DNA of 63,958 bases, counting the filler, from Choristocarpus tenellus KU-1152 (Eukaryota; Protista; Phaeophyceae): the NCBI GenBank assembly GCA_964200185.2. It is 11 parts of 11 records of this genome, joined end to end, with 100 filler letters (N's around TTAATTAATTAA, not from the genome) between each part and the next. Parts side by side here need not be neighbours in the genome. Positions count along the whole stretch, not along the records: positions 61,409 to 63,958 come from CAXNAD020026848.1; 10 more parts are not named here. The stretch is one strand, 5' to 3'. Numbering within the stretch: position 1 is the stretch's first letter; every line of letters starts with the position of its first letter. A model generated the notes under the pieces. It was not told where the DNA came from and searched no databases. It was given only the letters and a program-made list of their open reading frames with translations. Shown here piece by piece: positions 62,160-63,958 of the stretch. Both the position numbers and the translations under genes were made by a program.

Positions 62160-63958
62160 TTGGTCTCACCCTCCTCTGAGGTGTAGGAGTTCACTCCGGT
62201 GATTGTGATTGCCCCCTTGAGCAGAGAACTTGGTACCTTTGACACTTTCACAGTGGTACTCACGCCTAGTGGTCAAGGGGGCTCATGCTCGCCATATTAT
62301 GGCCGACGCTACTACTCCCACACCTACTGCACCTGTTACTACCGGCTTAGGCAGCAGCACCAAGGAGAAGGTGGCAGTTACATGGAAAGGCAAGAATAAG
62401 ACAACTGCCACAGCACTCACCGATGGAGGTAATGAGGGGGGTGTACCATAAACGCTCAGCCTCTACTGAGTCCCACGTCTGCATTTGCAGACAGAGGCAT
62501 CCCTGGTGGCTCGCTAGAGCAGGAAGGGATGGCGGAGCAACGGCTGAGGGAAGGCCCTGCCCGTAATCCGAACCAGTACAGCGTGTTGGGGGACGAGCAA
62601 GAGGAGGAGGGTGAAGACGGTACGGCAAATTGGTTCGATATCCAGACATACATGGATCGCCAGTTAGTCTATGCCAACAAGATTGTGGGTGAAGCAATGG
62701 AAGGAACTCCACATGACTTTAAACGTGAAGATGAGTACTTCTTACCCAGATTCAACTAGCCCGTCCGTCTCTGATCATCCCCACGGAAACTCCCTTTTTG
62801 TAAAGTAGTGCCCTTCTCACAAGGATTTACCCCCAACGTGTTTTTGGGACTTTCAGGAACAAGGTTGTCTCCCCCGTATCTAACTTTGGCAAGTTACTAC
62901 TGATTTTCAAGAGCTGAGTGCGTAGGTTCTATTTCCATGGTGGATAGATCACCATGGTGGATAGATCGTCTGTTGAAGCAAGTCACTTCTCTACAGATAC
63001 AAATACTTGGGGACATGTGTATGTGTCTCTTTCAACACCAACTTCCTTATTTGGACACTCGCCTGGTCGGGACCTGTATCTCTAGGAATTTGATGTTGGA
63101 AAAGGGCACATACACGTATGTCCAAGTATTTGTTTGTATGTAGCAATCTATCTGGCTTGCTTCCACTGACGATTTATTAACCATGGCGATAGCGCCTTTT
63201 CGATTCTTGAAGATCATGAGTGACTTCCCGAAGTTGGCTACTGGGGGACAACCTTGCTCTTGAATAAAAAAAAACAACGCATTGTGGGGTATTTCTAACT
63301 GGGGGTAAATCCTTATGCGAGGGGTGGTATTTCACAACTAGTTTCACGACTAGGGGGTTTCCATGGGGGTAATCCGAAACAGGCGGGTTGGTTGAATCTG
63401 CAAACAAATTACTCATGTTCCTGTTCAGCGTTTGCGTCGCCGCACCCACCAAACCTTGGATCGTGGGGAGTCCCCTCCATTGATTCATCGACAATCTTCT
63501 TGACATAGACGAGTTGGTGGTTCATGTATGTCACTGCTAAGTGTCTGGATGTCGAATGTCACTGCCGCACTGTCTTCGCCTTCCTCTTTTTGGTCTTCTC
63601 CCAACACGCTGTACCGGTTCAGGCCCGGATTACGGGCAGGGCCTTCCCTCAGCCTCTGCGCCACCGTCCCTTCCTGCTCTAGCGAGCCACTAGGGGTGCC
63701 CCTGTCTACAGATGTAGACGCAGGAATCGGTTGGTTATTAATGGCACCCCCCTCATTACCTCCATCAGTTGTCGCGCTTAAGGTTGATTTCTTCCCTTTC
63801 CTTGTTGTCGACTTCTCCTTGCTGTTGGCATTAGGTGTGGCAGTAGGTGTGGGAGTGGTAATGTCAGACATAATGTGGTGTGACTTGTACCCCCTTGACC
63901 ACTAGGCGTGACTACCACTGTGGAAGTGTCAAAGGTGCCAAGTTCTCTGCTCAAGGGG
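62160..63958. mobile_element. Two family D copies in inverted, tail-to-tail arrangement
   Basis: 62160-63050 (+) mirrors 63080-63958 (-); both carry the ORF M(A/S)DxTTPTPTA...DGGNEGG...RLREGPARNP..N(R/Q)YSVLG. Confidence 0.85.

Overview
This is eukaryotic, intron-rich, repeat-rich DNA, and it is not contiguous. It consists of about 11 short contigs joined by N-TTAATTAATTAA-N linkers (stops in all six frames), so neighbours across linkers mean nothing biologically. GT-AG introns, scattered TTAGGG tracts and the G-beta sequence suggest a stramenopile such as a brown alga (inference only). Genes reconstructed by hand-splicing: a complete 7-exon SDR oxidoreductase ending in SSL (possible PTS1, one GC-AG intron); a 4-exon, 3'-truncated AhpD/CMD-fold protein with a CNYCSAH motif; three exons of a G-protein beta subunit; and several partial unknown genes. 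The rest is mobile DNA: three related Sola2-like MITE families (4-bp TSDs, mutual nesting), a chromodomain-type Ty3/Gypsy integrase remnant, decayed transposon-like ORFs, an unclassified ORF-bearing repeat, minisatellites and several long imperfect palindromes. The most notable signals are telomeric repeats written into otherwise conserved MITE copies, a 1.1-kb palindrome centred exactly on a MITE, and the intron-containing AhpD-like gene with an atypical catalytic relay.
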